DNA of 64,000 bases, from positions 256,001 through 320,000 of the forward strand of contig JBLWTJ010000001.1 in the NCBI GenBank assembly GCA_048270185.1. Reading direction: 5' to 3'. The first letter of the stretch is position 1, and every line of letters begins with the position of its first letter. Source of the DNA: Bacteriovoracaceae bacterium. Its GTDB lineage: Bacteria > Bdellovibrionota > Bacteriovoracia > Bacteriovoracales > Bacteriovoracaceae. Below, one piece after another: positions 9,330 through 19,732 of this stretch. Under the pieces are notes generated by a model. The model had not been told where the DNA came from. It searched no databases and was given only the letters and a program-made list of their open reading frames with translations. The position numbers were made by a program, and so were the translations under genes.

Positions 9330-10622
9330 ATGATGGAACCAGTCTACATTGTTGAGGGTGTCAGAACTCCTCACGCAAAATCCGGAACAATTATTAAAGA
9401 TATTCAAGCTCCATACCTTGGTGCTTATCTTGTTCGTCACTTAATGGATGGAACTAATATCGGCGATGATCAAGTTGATGAAGTAATTTTCGGAAATACG
9501 GGAACTCCTGCAAAATATCCAAATATAGGGCGTGTTATTGCTCTAGAAGCAGGTCTTCATAAGAAAACTTCTGGTTACTCTGTTCACCGCAATTGTGCTT
9601 CTGGCTTAGAAGCTGCTTCTCAAGCATTTTTAAAGGTTGCAAGCGGACGTTGTGACGTTGTTGTTGCTGGTGGTGTTGAGTCAATGTCAAATATGCCTCT
9701 AATTTATGGGAAGCAAATGACTGAGCTTTTTGCAAAGCTTATGAAGGCAAAGACAGCTGGTGACAAGCTAAAAGTACTATCAAGCTTTAAACCTGCATAT
9801 CTTTCTCCAATTATTGCAATTGAACAAGGTTTAACAGACCCTTTCTGTGGCCTTAATATGGGACAGACGGCCGAGCTTCTTGCTCGTGAGCTAGGTATCT
9901 CGAGACTAGAGCAAGATGAGTATGCAAATAACTCTCACCATAAAGCAATTAAGGCAATTGAAGAAGGTCGCTTTGCAGACGAAATTGTTCCACTGATCTA
10001 CGGTGATAAATTAGATAAGTTATTAATGAATGATAATGGGCCAAGAAAAGAGTCTTCAGTTGAAGGTCTTGGAAAAATGAAGCCTTACTTCGATCGTAAG
10101 TCTGGGACAGTTACTGTTGGTAATAGTTGTCCAATTACAGACGGTGGTTCAGCAATCCTTTTCTGTAGTGAATCGGCCGTAAAGAAATATAACCTTGAGC
10201 CAATGGCAAGAGTTGTTGATTATCACTTCCATGGTTTAGAGCCAGAGAGAATGGGGATGGGTCCTCTTCTTGCAATGGATGGTGTCTTTAGAAGATCAAA
10301 TATGACTCTTGATCAAATGGATCTTGTGGAAATTAATGAAGCGTTTGCTGCTCAAATCATTGCTGTGAAGAAAGCATTCACTGATCAAAAGGTTGCTGAC
10401 AAGTTTGGTATCGATAAGCTTTGGGGAGAAATTCCTGATGAGAAATTAAATGTTAATGGTGGAGCTATCGCTCTTGGACACCCGGTTGGATCGACTGGAT
10501 CACGCCTTATTGTAACTCTTGCTCATGAGCTTAAGAAGAGAAAGGCTGGATATGGTGTTGCTTCACTATGTATCGGTGGTGGCCAAGGTGGTGCCATGAT
10601 TATTGAGAACTTACAAAAGTAA
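9330..10622 (+). CDS. fadI: 3-ketoacyl-CoA thiolase (FadI type)
   Basis: RNCASG, NEAF, GHPVG and CIGGGQG motifs; upstream of the FadJ-like gene. Confidence 0.88.
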   Translation: MMEPVYIVEGVRTPHAKSGTIIKDIQAPYLGAYLVRHLMDGTNIGDDQVDEVIFGNTGTPAKYPNIGRVIALEAGLHKKTSGYSVHRNCASGLEAASQAFLKVASGRCDVVVAGGVESMSNMPLIYGKQMTELFAKLMKAKTAGDKLKVLSSFKPAYLSPIIAIEQGLTDPFCGLNMGQTAELLARELGISRLEQDEYANNSHHKAIKAIEEGRFADEIVPLIYGDKLDKLLMNDNGPRKESSVEGLGKMKPYFDRKSGTVTVGNSCPITDGGSAILFCSESAVKKYNLEPMARVVDYHFHGLEPERMGMGPLLAMDGVFRRSNMTLDQMDLVEINEAFAAQIIAVKKAFTDQKVADKFGIDKLWGEIPDEKLNVNGGAIALGHPVGSTGSRLIVTLAHELKKRKAGYGVASLCIGGGQGGAMIIENLQK

Positions 10623-10640
10623 TTAGGATTAGGATAAACC

Positions 10641-12758
10641 ATGACATATAAAAGAATTAGTTTTGAAATTAAAGAAAAGAGAGCCTACATTGGTTTTGGT
10701 TATAATTGCCAGGCATCAATGACTGTTCTAGATGAAGAAACTCTAAGAGAACTTCAAGATATTGTTGAAGATCTTCATACAAAGGAAAAGGAATTAGATG
10801 GTGCCATCTTCTTTTCTCATAAGGATCGTTGTTTCCTTGCTGGTGCCGATATTAAATTATTCGATACAATGCATACTGCTGCCGATGGGCAAGCTGGTGC
10901 AGAAGCAGGACAAACAATCTTTAATCGTGTTGAAGATTTAAAAATGCCAACTGTTGTCTGTATCAGTGGAGTTTGTCTTGGTGGTGGACTTGAGTTTTCA
11001 CTTGCTTGTAAATCAAGAATTGTAAGTGATGATAAATCAACTGCTATTGGACTACCTGAAGTTAAGCTTGGACTTATTCCTGGTTTTGGTGGGACGTTCA
11101 GGCTTCCTAAAGCAGTAGGTCTTCCAACAGCACTTGATATGATTCTCTCTGGTAAATCTCTAAATGGTAAGAAGGCCAAGAAGGTTGGGCTTGCAGATGA
11201 AGTTTACGCTAAAGAGAGACTCCTTGATTTAGCACCAAATCATTTTAAGAAGAAAGTTGATAAGCGCGGATTCATGGATAAGATGCAAGACGCAGCAACA
11301 GATAATGTTTTTACTAAGAAAATTATTTTTCAAAAAGCTCGTGAGTCTGTTTTAAAGAAAACGAAAGGTTTCTACCAAGCTCCACTTAAAATCCTTGATG
11401 TAATGGAAGCAGGGGTTATGAAGGGACGTTCATCTTATTTAACAACAGAAGCGCAAGCTTTTGGAGAGTTATGTATCGGTGAACAATCAAAGAATCTTCG
11501 CCATATTTTCTTCCTAATGGAGGGATCAAAGAAGATGGACGATGCTAAAGGCGTTGGGCGCAAGCTTGGCCGTGGTGCTTGTCTAGGTGCTGGTACGATG
11601 GGGGGCGGTATCGCTTGGCTTATGGCAAAGAATGATATGTACCCAATTATGAAAGACCTTAATCAACATGGATTAGAACTTGGGCTTAAGCAAGCTTCAT
11701 CAAATTTTGCAGGAGCTGTTAAGCGTCGTCGTATGTCAAAGGACGATTTTGAGCGCAAGATGCGATCAATTAGCGCTCAAACTGACTACAGAGGTTTTGA
11801 GCATACTGATCTTGTTATTGAAGCAGTTATTGAGAATATGGATATTAAAAAGAAGGTATTTGCCGAGACTGAAACAAAAGTTCGTCCTGATACAATCTTA
11901 ACTTCAAATACTTCATCTCTATCAATCCAAGAGATGTCGACAGCACTACAAGATAGTTCTCGTTTTGCAGGTCTTCACTTCTTTAATCCAGTCCACATGA
12001 TGCCACTTGTAGAGATCATTACTCACGACGGAGTTTCAGATGAAACAGTTGAGTCTCTTTATAACTGGGTTGTAAAAGTTAAAAAGACACCAGTTGTTGT
12101 TAAAGATGGACCAGGTTTTCTAGTAAACAGAATTCTAATGCCATATATGAATGAAGCTGGATTCTTATTAGAAGAAGGTGTTTCGATTAAAGATATTGAT
12201 GATGCTTGCCTAAATTTTGGAATGCCAATGGGTCCATTTAGACTTCTTGATGAAGTAGGTATTGATGTCGGAGATAAAGTTTCAAAGATTATCTTTGATG
12301 GCCTAGGGCCACGTCTTGCTTCAAATGGTATTGGTAAGCAGATGCTTGAAAAAGAATTCTTTGGTAAGAAAAATGCTAAAGGATTCTACCTATATGATGA
12401 AAAAGGTAAAGTTACTGGGCCTAATCAAGAGGCCTGGAATATGCTACCAAAAGCAACAAAGAAAATGAGTGAGACAGAAATCCAGATGAGAATTTTCTTA
12501 CCAATGATTAACGAAGCTGCCACAACTCTTGAAGACAAGATTGTTTCTAAGGCTAAAGATGTTGATTTAGGTCTTATTTTTGGAATTGGTTTTCCTCCAT
12601 TTAGAGGTGGACTTCTGAAATATGCTGACACTCAAGGTATTTCTCGTCTTAGAGATGAAATGCTTAAGCTTGCAGAAAGTACAAATAAAGATCGCTACAC
12701 ACCTTGTGAACTTATTAATAAGCTTGCAAGTGACAACGCAAAGTTCTACGAACTTTAA
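10641..12758 (+). CDS. fadJ: Fatty acid oxidation complex alpha subunit (enoyl-CoA hydratase / 3-hydroxyacyl-CoA dehydrogenase)
   Basis: AGADI, GGGLE, PEVKLGLIPGFGGT, GAGTMGGGIA, SNTSSL, GLHFFNP, PGFLVNR. Confidence 0.9.
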   Translation: MTYKRISFEIKEKRAYIGFGYNCQASMTVLDEETLRELQDIVEDLHTKEKELDGAIFFSHKDRCFLAGADIKLFDTMHTAADGQAGAEAGQTIFNRVEDLKMPTVVCISGVCLGGGLEFSLACKSRIVSDDKSTAIGLPEVKLGLIPGFGGTFRLPKAVGLPTALDMILSGKSLNGKKAKKVGLADEVYAKERLLDLAPNHFKKKVDKRGFMDKMQDAATDNVFTKKIIFQKARESVLKKTKGFYQAPLKILDVMEAGVMKGRSSYLTTEAQAFGELCIGEQSKNLRHIFFLMEGSKKMDDAKGVGRKLGRGACLGAGTMGGGIAWLMAKNDMYPIMKDLNQHGLELGLKQASSNFAGAVKRRRMSKDDFERKMRSISAQTDYRGFEHTDLVIEAVIENMDIKKKVFAETETKVRPDTILTSNTSSLSIQEMSTALQDSSRFAGLHFFNPVHMMPLVEIITHDGVSDETVESLYNWVVKVKKTPVVVKDGPGFLVNRILMPYMNEAGFLLEEGVSIKDIDDACLNFGMPMGPFRLLDEVGIDVGDKVSKIIFDGLGPRLASNGIGKQMLEKEFFGKKNAKGFYLYDEKGKVTGPNQEAWNMLPKATKKMSETEIQMRIFLPMINEAATTLEDKIVSKAKDVDLGLIFGIGFPPFRGGLLKYADTQGISRLRDEMLKLAESTNKDRYTPCELINKLASDNAKFYEL

Positions 12759-12773
12759 TCTTGTCGATAGCAG

Positions 12774-13940
12774 ATGTTTGTAAGCTTCTTTAAATTTTTT
12801 TTAAGTTATTTATTTAAGGCAAAGACTCGTCAAAGGCTATTAATTATGGCCTTGGCGAGTCTTGTTATTTCAAGCTTCTGTTTGTTAAGTGTTCAGTCTG
12901 TTTTAAAAGGTCTCCAGTCTAATCGAATAGAAAGAGGGAAGTTAACGCTTGGACGCTTTATTATTGATTATGATCAAGGTGAGAAATCAGTAGAAGAGAC
13001 GCAAGAATTTTTAAACTCTAAAGATCTTGAATATGGATTTGAATATGAACTAGAAGGTTTGATTAGACTTGAAGGTTATTTGGCTCCAGTTATTTTTCAT
13101 GGTGTCCTAGATTCTGTAAGTAATAAGCTACCTAAGGGACTAAATCGCTGGCCTACTCGTAATGAGATTCTTCTCTCTCCATATCTTGCTCGTAAAATCT
13201 ATGCAGGCATTGATGATAAGATTATGCTAGTTTCGCCAGCTCATACTGATACTTTCTTTGGTGAGCTTCCTCGCTTTAAGACTCTAATGATCCAAGGCTT
13301 CACTGATTCAATGGATCCTGATATCGATGAAATTCATGCATGGGGACATGCTTATACTGCTTTCTCGATTGTAAAAACTCGTAAGTATAATAAGATAAGA
13401 ATTTATAGCGAATTGAGTCCGCTTTTATTAAATGAAGTTAAATCTTTCTTTGGTAGTGGTGTTTATTCATGGGAAGAGCTTAATCAAAATCTCGTCTATG
13501 CTCTCGCTCTTGAAAATAACGTTGTACTCTTTTTATTTCTTGCCACAATTCTCTTAGTCACTTTTTCTATTATATCAGGCCTAAGTATTTTCTATGCTCG
13601 TGTTAGAAATGATTTTGCATCATTTTGGATTTTAGGAATGAGCATGAATCAAATCAAAAAGTATGGTGGGCTCAATATTGCAATCATTACAATTATTGCA
13701 ATTATATTTGGAAACCTGCTAAGCTTTGTAACTCTTAAGCTCTTTGCGAGCTTTTCGCCAGTTATCATGCCGGCAATGTTTGTAGATCGTTCACTTCCTG
13801 TAAGATTTGAATTATCTTCGTTCTTTTTTTCATTCATTATCCCTACATTTATTACGGTGGTCTTCACACTATTTTCAAATTGGCGTTTCTTTAAAGATAA
13901 CGGCAGCTTTATTGGCTTTGTTAAAAAAGTTGGAATGTAG
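12774..13940 (+). CDS. LolC/E (FtsX/MacB)-family ABC permease
   Basis: TM1, large periplasmic loop, SWEELNQNLVYALALE, three C-terminal TMs and LPV motif. No LolD in the window. Confidence 0.75.
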   Translation: MFVSFFKFFLSYLFKAKTRQRLLIMALASLVISSFCLLSVQSVLKGLQSNRIERGKLTLGRFIIDYDQGEKSVEETQEFLNSKDLEYGFEYELEGLIRLEGYLAPVIFHGVLDSVSNKLPKGLNRWPTRNEILLSPYLARKIYAGIDDKIMLVSPAHTDTFFGELPRFKTLMIQGFTDSMDPDIDEIHAWGHAYTAFSIVKTRKYNKIRIYSELSPLLLNEVKSFFGSGVYSWEELNQNLVYALALENNVVLFLFLATILLVTFSIISGLSIFYARVRNDFASFWILGMSMNQIKKYGGLNIAIITIIAIIFGNLLSFVTLKLFASFSPVIMPAMFVDRSLPVRFELSSFFFSFIIPTFITVVFTLFSNWRFFKDNGSFIGFVKKVGM

Positions 13941-14057
13941 GCCAAAGCCTCTAATTCTTGGCTGAGCTATAAATTGTTGCTTTATGTAAGTTATTGATTT
14001 TATTTGCTTCAATATTAAATGTTTATGTAAAGTTCAATTGTTGACGATAATAGATAT

Positions 14058-17000
14058 ATGAGGGGATTTTATTGTCAATTATTTATAGTTACACTTGCTC
14101 TCTTGCCGTGGCCTACCCTGGCCTCTAGCAAATGTATGCCTTCAGTTGATAGTCCAATAAGTGACTATGCTGCAAACCCTGATAGTTTTCTTATCTCTCA
14201 ACGCTTTCTAGGTTGTCTTGATCCTAATGAACTTAGAAATCTTGGGATAAATTCTCCGACTCTTTTAACTAAGGATCAGGTTATTGAATACTATATGCCT
14301 CAATTTTCTTTCAATGATGATGATAAGAAGGCCCAGAACTATATTAGAACACGTACCTATATCAATGCTAAGAATACATCATTCTTTGAGCGAATGGGGG
14401 GAGCGAATTTTAAACTTGAAAACTTACTAGATACGTTAAATGGTGCATCGATAAATAAGACAGATTGTGGCTGTATGCCACAAAACGACCTTGATAGACT
14501 CTATTTTTCTGCAATTGATGAAAAATTAAAACATGTTAAAAGAAGGTTTCGAAGACATTCAAGGAGATTGGTATCTAAGCAGTATGAGCAGTTGGCCCAT
14601 GATTTTTTATCGATAAGTTCACTCGTGTCCCAAAAGCTTATTAAGCCCGAAACTGCACAAAACCTTTTTGCACAATGTACTATTAGTAAAATGACTGAAA
14701 GAATAAAAGAAAAGCAAGATATGTCAGATGAATTAAAGTCTTGTATGGATGAGCTTGGAGATGAGCCTTTAAAAACATTAATTGGCGATCGAATCTTAGG
14801 GCGGTTTCAGTCAGTAGTAGAAAATAAACCTATGGGCTCATGCATGCCATATCGAGCTTATCTTGATATTACTATGAGCTCTAGTATTGATGAGGCCATT
14901 CCATTTGTTTCAAACCATAAGGCAAATCGACAAAGACGTGCAATTCTAACAAATATATCAAATGGTGTTGTTGGCAATAATAATAACCTACAGAATGCTC
15001 AGCGCTATTCTAGGCAAGTTAACCAATCAATTTTCACTCGTTATCTTAGTAGTGATGACTATATTCATTATCAAATTGAACCGGCCATGGCCCATATTCA
15101 ACCTGTTGCAGCGACTTTAAATAAATTGCGCGAAAAAATTCCTGATCACTTAATTCAGAAAATGATTAGACTGCCCAAGGATTCCCATGCATTGAGCCCT
15201 GGTATGAGTGAGATGATTGATAAGGTTCTAGCACTTCCTGAGTTTCAGGAAGCGATTAAAGCTGGAGTTATTGATATTGGCGATCGAAGTCTACGTTATA
15301 TTGTCGCAGACAAGGTTAATGAAATTATTGCTAATCCTGATTCATGTAGTAGTACTTTTTGTGGTGCCAATATGTTATCTAGTTTAACTAATCTCGTTAG
15401 GGGGAACCCTCCACAAGATGATAGTATTACAAAGTATGTAGCAGAATTAAAATCAAGCTTTCTTAATAAAATTGTTCGTAGTGAAGATTTAATGGATAAG
15501 ATTGTGGCCGGGACAATTGAGAAGTGTGAGGCCCTTGCAGATCCTGAGGTATTTACACAGTTGGCCTGCCCATTTGCAGCTAATCGACCTGAAGTTTTTG
15601 TGACAAGTGGCCGTGAGGATTCAAGTCTACTTAAGATTGCTCGTGCTCCTGCGGGGTGTCTTGAGAAAGAAGAGAATGACCATAAAAGCTATGAAAATAA
15701 AAAGCTAGATTCCGATATCGTTAATAAATTAAGACATTTTGACACAAGGGCCGGCTTTGCTCCAAATATATGTAGTAATGATTTATTTGCAATCCCTAAA
15801 GAGTTTAATGAAGCATTTTGTCGTGATATAGACAATGTTTCTTGTGTTAAAGGTGAGGATTGCCAGGAAAAAACGCAAGATTTAATTTCTAAAAGCTTTA
15901 ATAGTGCTGTTTCTAATTCTAAAGAATTAATTTCTAATCTTAAAAACCAATTTAATGATTGTTCAAATGAGAATGTAAGAGGATGTTCTTATATTAAGCG
16001 TATGGAAAATATTTTAGCTAAAGAGCCAATTAACCTAGAGGATTTAAATGAAGAGGCAAGGAGCCTTTATGTTTCCTTGGCCGAAGATAATAGCTTCTTA
16101 AATCCACCTTCTGCAGATCTAATCGATATCTCATCAAACTTGTTAATGGTTACAGGTTCTTTGAGGAGATTGGAAGAGCATAAAACGATAAAAGAAAATG
16201 AACGTACTGAAATATATCGAAATCGTGACGAAGAAGATGATGAAGTAAAGGTTAGTCAGATTATGGTTTCTGGTAACGTACAAGAAGTCGATAAAATAAT
16301 TAAATCAATTTCAAAGAGTGGAGATATTAGTCGATCGATAAAAGAGTATGAAGCTCATGTTAGTAATGTTGTTGTGCCCGTCGTAGGTGATAATGTTGTT
16401 GAACCTCAGGTTGTAACACCAAATAATATTTCTTCAAAAAATTATGATGTTCAACAATCAAGTGACAAATTAAAGAATAATGCATTCACCCCACAAAAGG
16501 ATATTTTTAAGCACAATGAGAAAGACAGTCAATATTCGTCACATGGTGTTTCTCAACAAATTACGACATCTTCTTATGAAGATAAGAAATCAAATACAAT
16601 GAATCAAAAAAATAATACAAGATCAACTGGAGCGGGTTCAGTTGAAAATGGTGGATTCAATGTAGATTTGGCCGATTCTTTTGATCCTGAAATCGCACAA
16701 AGAATAAAAGAGGTTCATGATCTAAAGTCAACTCTTGATCAACTACAGAATGACTTTACAAAAAAACCAGTTAATCATGGAAATAACATAAATAAAATAA
16801 ATAAAAAGAAGAATGAAGTCGCATCCAACTCTCAATCAACATATAGTAATACTTCAAACTCTAATAATGCAATTAGACCTTCTTCAGGTCAGTATCGCAA
16901 AAGTTTAAATCGTCCAAATAAGTCACAAAATATTAATTCAAACAATACTGCGACAAGTTCCGGTGTTGAAAATACCTCATATAATCCAAGTTCCACTAGC

Positions 17001-17657
17001 GCTAGTGGCCGCTCAACAGTAGCTTCAGGCGCAGGTGTTTCAATGGGATCGGGGGACTCTAAAGCATCTGCTGGAGGCGGTTCTGCCCTTAAGGGAGGAA
17101 GAAAAGAGGGACGATCGATTGCTAGTGTTGAAGATAGTGAAGTTACAAATGAAGATAATATTGTATTTGCTAGTGGAGAATTGCCAATGCTCTTTAACGA
17201 AAGTGCCTTCCAAGCAAATTTTACTAATATACTAGGCTACCCTGGAGTTTTAGGTCATCGAATTAAGACTCTTGAAGTAAAAGTTAATACATCAGGAGAA
17301 AAGAGGTATCTCTTAAATACATATGATTTTAAACCCAGTGATTCTTTAAAAAAGTATCTATTAATAAGTGATGTGAATGCACAGAGAAGTGAAATCGCTA
17401 AAAACTTTAACAAATTATATGAGCTAAGAAGCGATAAAGAAAAGAAGATTCAATACCTTTACGATATTGGAGATGAGGATTCATTATCTCAGATACCACT
17501 TTATCGAAAGAAAATTTCAAATATTAATAATGTCCTCACAAGATCGATAAGTAGTGTGGAGTTAGTAAGCAGTGAAGAAATAAAAAACTCTAAGAATATT
17601 AGTTCCTATCTCAAGAATATGAAGTCCAATTCTGATATTATGAGTCTTTTCCGCTAG
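14058..17657 (+). CDS. Large secreted Cys-rich hypothetical protein with Ser/Asn/Gly low-complexity region
   Basis: 1199-aa ORF, signal peptide (TLA|S), many scattered Cys. Confidence 0.8.
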   Translation: MRGFYCQLFIVTLALLPWPTLASSKCMPSVDSPISDYAANPDSFLISQRFLGCLDPNELRNLGINSPTLLTKDQVIEYYMPQFSFNDDDKKAQNYIRTRTYINAKNTSFFERMGGANFKLENLLDTLNGASINKTDCGCMPQNDLDRLYFSAIDEKLKHVKRRFRRHSRRLVSKQYEQLAHDFLSISSLVSQKLIKPETAQNLFAQCTISKMTERIKEKQDMSDELKSCMDELGDEPLKTLIGDRILGRFQSVVENKPMGSCMPYRAYLDITMSSSIDEAIPFVSNHKANRQRRAILTNISNGVVGNNNNLQNAQRYSRQVNQSIFTRYLSSDDYIHYQIEPAMAHIQPVAATLNKLREKIPDHLIQKMIRLPKDSHALSPGMSEMIDKVLALPEFQEAIKAGVIDIGDRSLRYIVADKVNEIIANPDSCSSTFCGANMLSSLTNLVRGNPPQDDSITKYVAELKSSFLNKIVRSEDLMDKIVAGTIEKCEALADPEVFTQLACPFAANRPEVFVTSGREDSSLLKIARAPAGCLEKEENDHKSYENKKLDSDIVNKLRHFDTRAGFAPNICSNDLFAIPKEFNEAFCRDIDNVSCVKGEDCQEKTQDLISKSFNSAVSNSKELISNLKNQFNDCSNENVRGCSYIKRMENILAKEPINLEDLNEEARSLYVSLAEDNSFLNPPSADLIDISSNLLMVTGSLRRLEEHKTIKENERTEIYRNRDEEDDEVKVSQIMVSGNVQEVDKIIKSISKSGDISRSIKEYEAHVSNVVVPVVGDNVVEPQVVTPNNISSKNYDVQQSSDKLKNNAFTPQKDIFKHNEKDSQYSSHGVSQQITTSSYEDKKSNTMNQKNNTRSTGAGSVENGGFNVDLADSFDPEIAQRIKEVHDLKSTLDQLQNDFTKKPVNHGNNINKINKKKNEVASNSQSTYSNTSNSNNAIRPSSGQYRKSLNRPNKSQNINSNNTATSSGVENTSYNPSSTSASGRSTVASGAGVSMGSGDSKASAGGGSALKGGRKEGRSIASVEDSEVTNEDNIVFASGELPMLFNESAFQANFTNILGYPGVLGHRIKTLEVKVNTSGEKRYLLNTYDFKPSDSLKKYLLISDVNAQRSEIAKNFNKLYELRSDKEKKIQYLYDIGDEDSLSQIPLYRKKISNINNVLTRSISSVELVSSEEIKNSKNISSYLKNMKSNSDIMSLFR

Positions 17658-17660
17658 GTT

Positions 17661-18467
17661 ATGAAAGCAATATTAATGTCCCTGTTGATAGGGAGCGTTC
17701 TACAGCTAAGTTCTCATTCTCAAAGTATAGTTGGTATTAAATCCACCGATAAAATAAAAAGCATTCGTATAAAAGCTATTTTCAAAATTGATGTCTTTAA
17801 AGATAATGAAGTTATTTCACGAGGAACTGCTTTTGCTATTAATAAGAAAGGCCAATTAGTTACGGCCAAACATATTATCGAAGAATATTTAAAGCACCAT
17901 AAATCGATTGGCCCTTCATATCGTATTGAGGTAATGGCCTATAATGGTAGAAAGTTCAGTCTGAATGCTATTGATAAGAATTGTGATACAAGTAAACTCA
18001 ACTTAGATCTATGTATTCTTGAGTTAGGTGTTGAGGCAAAGTATTATATCCCAATTAATGAAGGTCGAGAACCTTTGCGAGGCATTTACATTGATCCTTT
18101 TTCGGATACAAATTCTCATCATCGCTTCTTTACATTTGGAAACCCTGCTGAAGGTTATTTTAGGTACCTCGAGTATCGTCTGATTCGTTATCATAATGAA
18201 CCCAAATTAACGATAAGAGGCAGCTATCAGAGTACAAGTTATAATCATATGACGCCATTGCTGGATTTAACAGAGTATCCTTATATGAAAAGCACCAAAG
18301 GATACAGCGGTGCTCCACTTATCGATTCCCGCGGCCGCCTCGTTGGTGTCTTATCTCAGTCATGGGAGAGGCTTGCATCTGATAAATATGTAGGTCAACA
18401 TAAGAGCTCTATAGCGATCCCGTTCAGTTATATTAGTAAGTTTTACTTGAAGTACACATCTCAGTAA
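17661..18467 (+). CDS. Secreted trypsin-like (S1) serine protease
   Basis: GTAFAI, VTAKH, DLCIL, GYSGAPL catalytic triad. Confidence 0.85.
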   Translation: MKAILMSLLIGSVLQLSSHSQSIVGIKSTDKIKSIRIKAIFKIDVFKDNEVISRGTAFAINKKGQLVTAKHIIEEYLKHHKSIGPSYRIEVMAYNGRKFSLNAIDKNCDTSKLNLDLCILELGVEAKYYIPINEGREPLRGIYIDPFSDTNSHHRFFTFGNPAEGYFRYLEYRLIRYHNEPKLTIRGSYQSTSYNHMTPLLDLTEYPYMKSTKGYSGAPLIDSRGRLVGVLSQSWERLASDKYVGQHKSSIAIPFSYISKFYLKYTSQ

Positions 18468-18519
18468 TTGTTCTCATTTTGTATTTATTATCTTAAATCG
18501 TTTACGTTATAATTATTAG

Positions 18520-19641
18520 ATGAAAACCTTATTGATCTTTTTATTCTTATCCCTACTAACAGGTTGTAATGTTATGACAAATATATCTTCAGTTATTATG
18601 CCAACGCTTGGAAAATACCCAAGTGAAGAAGATCAGCAAAATTTTATTGAATCGAAACAGTTTAATTCAGTCAAGATGCGTTTTGAAAACCGTCGACCTG
18701 AAATTACAAATCAGATGCCAATTAAAAAGAAAGGCTTTGGAATAGGAAAAATGATTGAGTTCTTAGGCAAGGGTAATGGCCGCTATCCAAAGAAGCCTCT
18801 TCCAATAGTTAGGCCAGATTTAGCAAGTTTTATAGAGAAATCTGATATGATTAAGTCCATTTGGTTTGGTCATTCAACGATTATGCTAAATGTTGATGGA
18901 AAGATTGTTCTTATCGATCCTATCTTTTCAAGTTCATCATCACCTGTAACTTTTTTCGTAAAACGTTTTCAGTCTCCCGTTCTACAGTTGGATGAGTTAC
19001 CTGAGATTGATTATATTATCCTGTCCCACGACCACTATGATCATCTTGACATGGAAACAGTGAAATTCTTTGCGCAAAAGAAAAATGTTAAATTTGTTGC
19101 ACCACTTGGAGTCGGATCGCATTTGAAAAAATGGGGTGTACCACAAGAGCGTATTACAGAAAAAGATTGGTGGGAGAGTGCCCATTTTGAAGATATTACA
19201 TTTACTGCGACTCCTGCTCAACACTTCTCTGGACGCGACGGCGCACATGAGAATATGACTCTTTGGGCATCATGGGTTATAGAGTCAAAGAACCAAAAGG
19301 TCTACTTCAGTGGAGATACTGGTTACGATACTCACTTTAAAGAAATTGCTGATCGTCTCGGTCCATTTGATGTGGCCTTTATGGAGTCTGGTCAATACAA
19401 CCCAGACTGGTTTGCTGTTCACCTGTTACCTGATGAATGGCCAAAGGCCTATGCCGATATTAATGCCAAGTACTACTTTCCGATCCACTGGGGTGCGTTT
19501 TCACTGGCCTTTCATACTTGGGAAGATCCAATTGTAAGACTTCAAGAATTTGCAGAGCAAGGTAAGTTAAAACTTATGGCACCAAAGCTAGGGGAGATAA
19601 TTTCATTTGAAGAAGAATATGTAACAAAGAAATGGTGGTAA
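18520..19641 (+). CDS. MBL-fold metallo-hydrolase lipoprotein (RomA / NAPE-PLD-like)
   Basis: Lipobox LTGC; WFGHST, SHDHYDHLD, PAQHFSGR, FSGDTGY, PIHWGAF. Confidence 0.9.
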   Translation: MKTLLIFLFLSLLTGCNVMTNISSVIMPTLGKYPSEEDQQNFIESKQFNSVKMRFENRRPEITNQMPIKKKGFGIGKMIEFLGKGNGRYPKKPLPIVRPDLASFIEKSDMIKSIWFGHSTIMLNVDGKIVLIDPIFSSSSSPVTFFVKRFQSPVLQLDELPEIDYIILSHDHYDHLDMETVKFFAQKKNVKFVAPLGVGSHLKKWGVPQERITEKDWWESAHFEDITFTATPAQHFSGRDGAHENMTLWASWVIESKNQKVYFSGDTGYDTHFKEIADRLGPFDVAFMESGQYNPDWFAVHLLPDEWPKAYADINAKYYFPIHWGAFSLAFHTWEDPIVRLQEFAEQGKLKLMAPKLGEIISFEEEYVTKKWW

Positions 19642-19676
19642 ATAAAAAAGGACCTTTAAAAGGTCCTTTTTTTATT
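19641..19676. terminator. Bidirectional intrinsic terminator
   Basis: AATAAAAAAGGACCTTT-A-AAAGGTCCTTTTTTTATT between convergent genes. Confidence 0.85.
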
Positions 19677-19732
19677 CATTGCATCCCGCCCTCGGCTCCG
19701 GCCGCTGCCTCTCGCCTAAAGTATCCAGGAAG

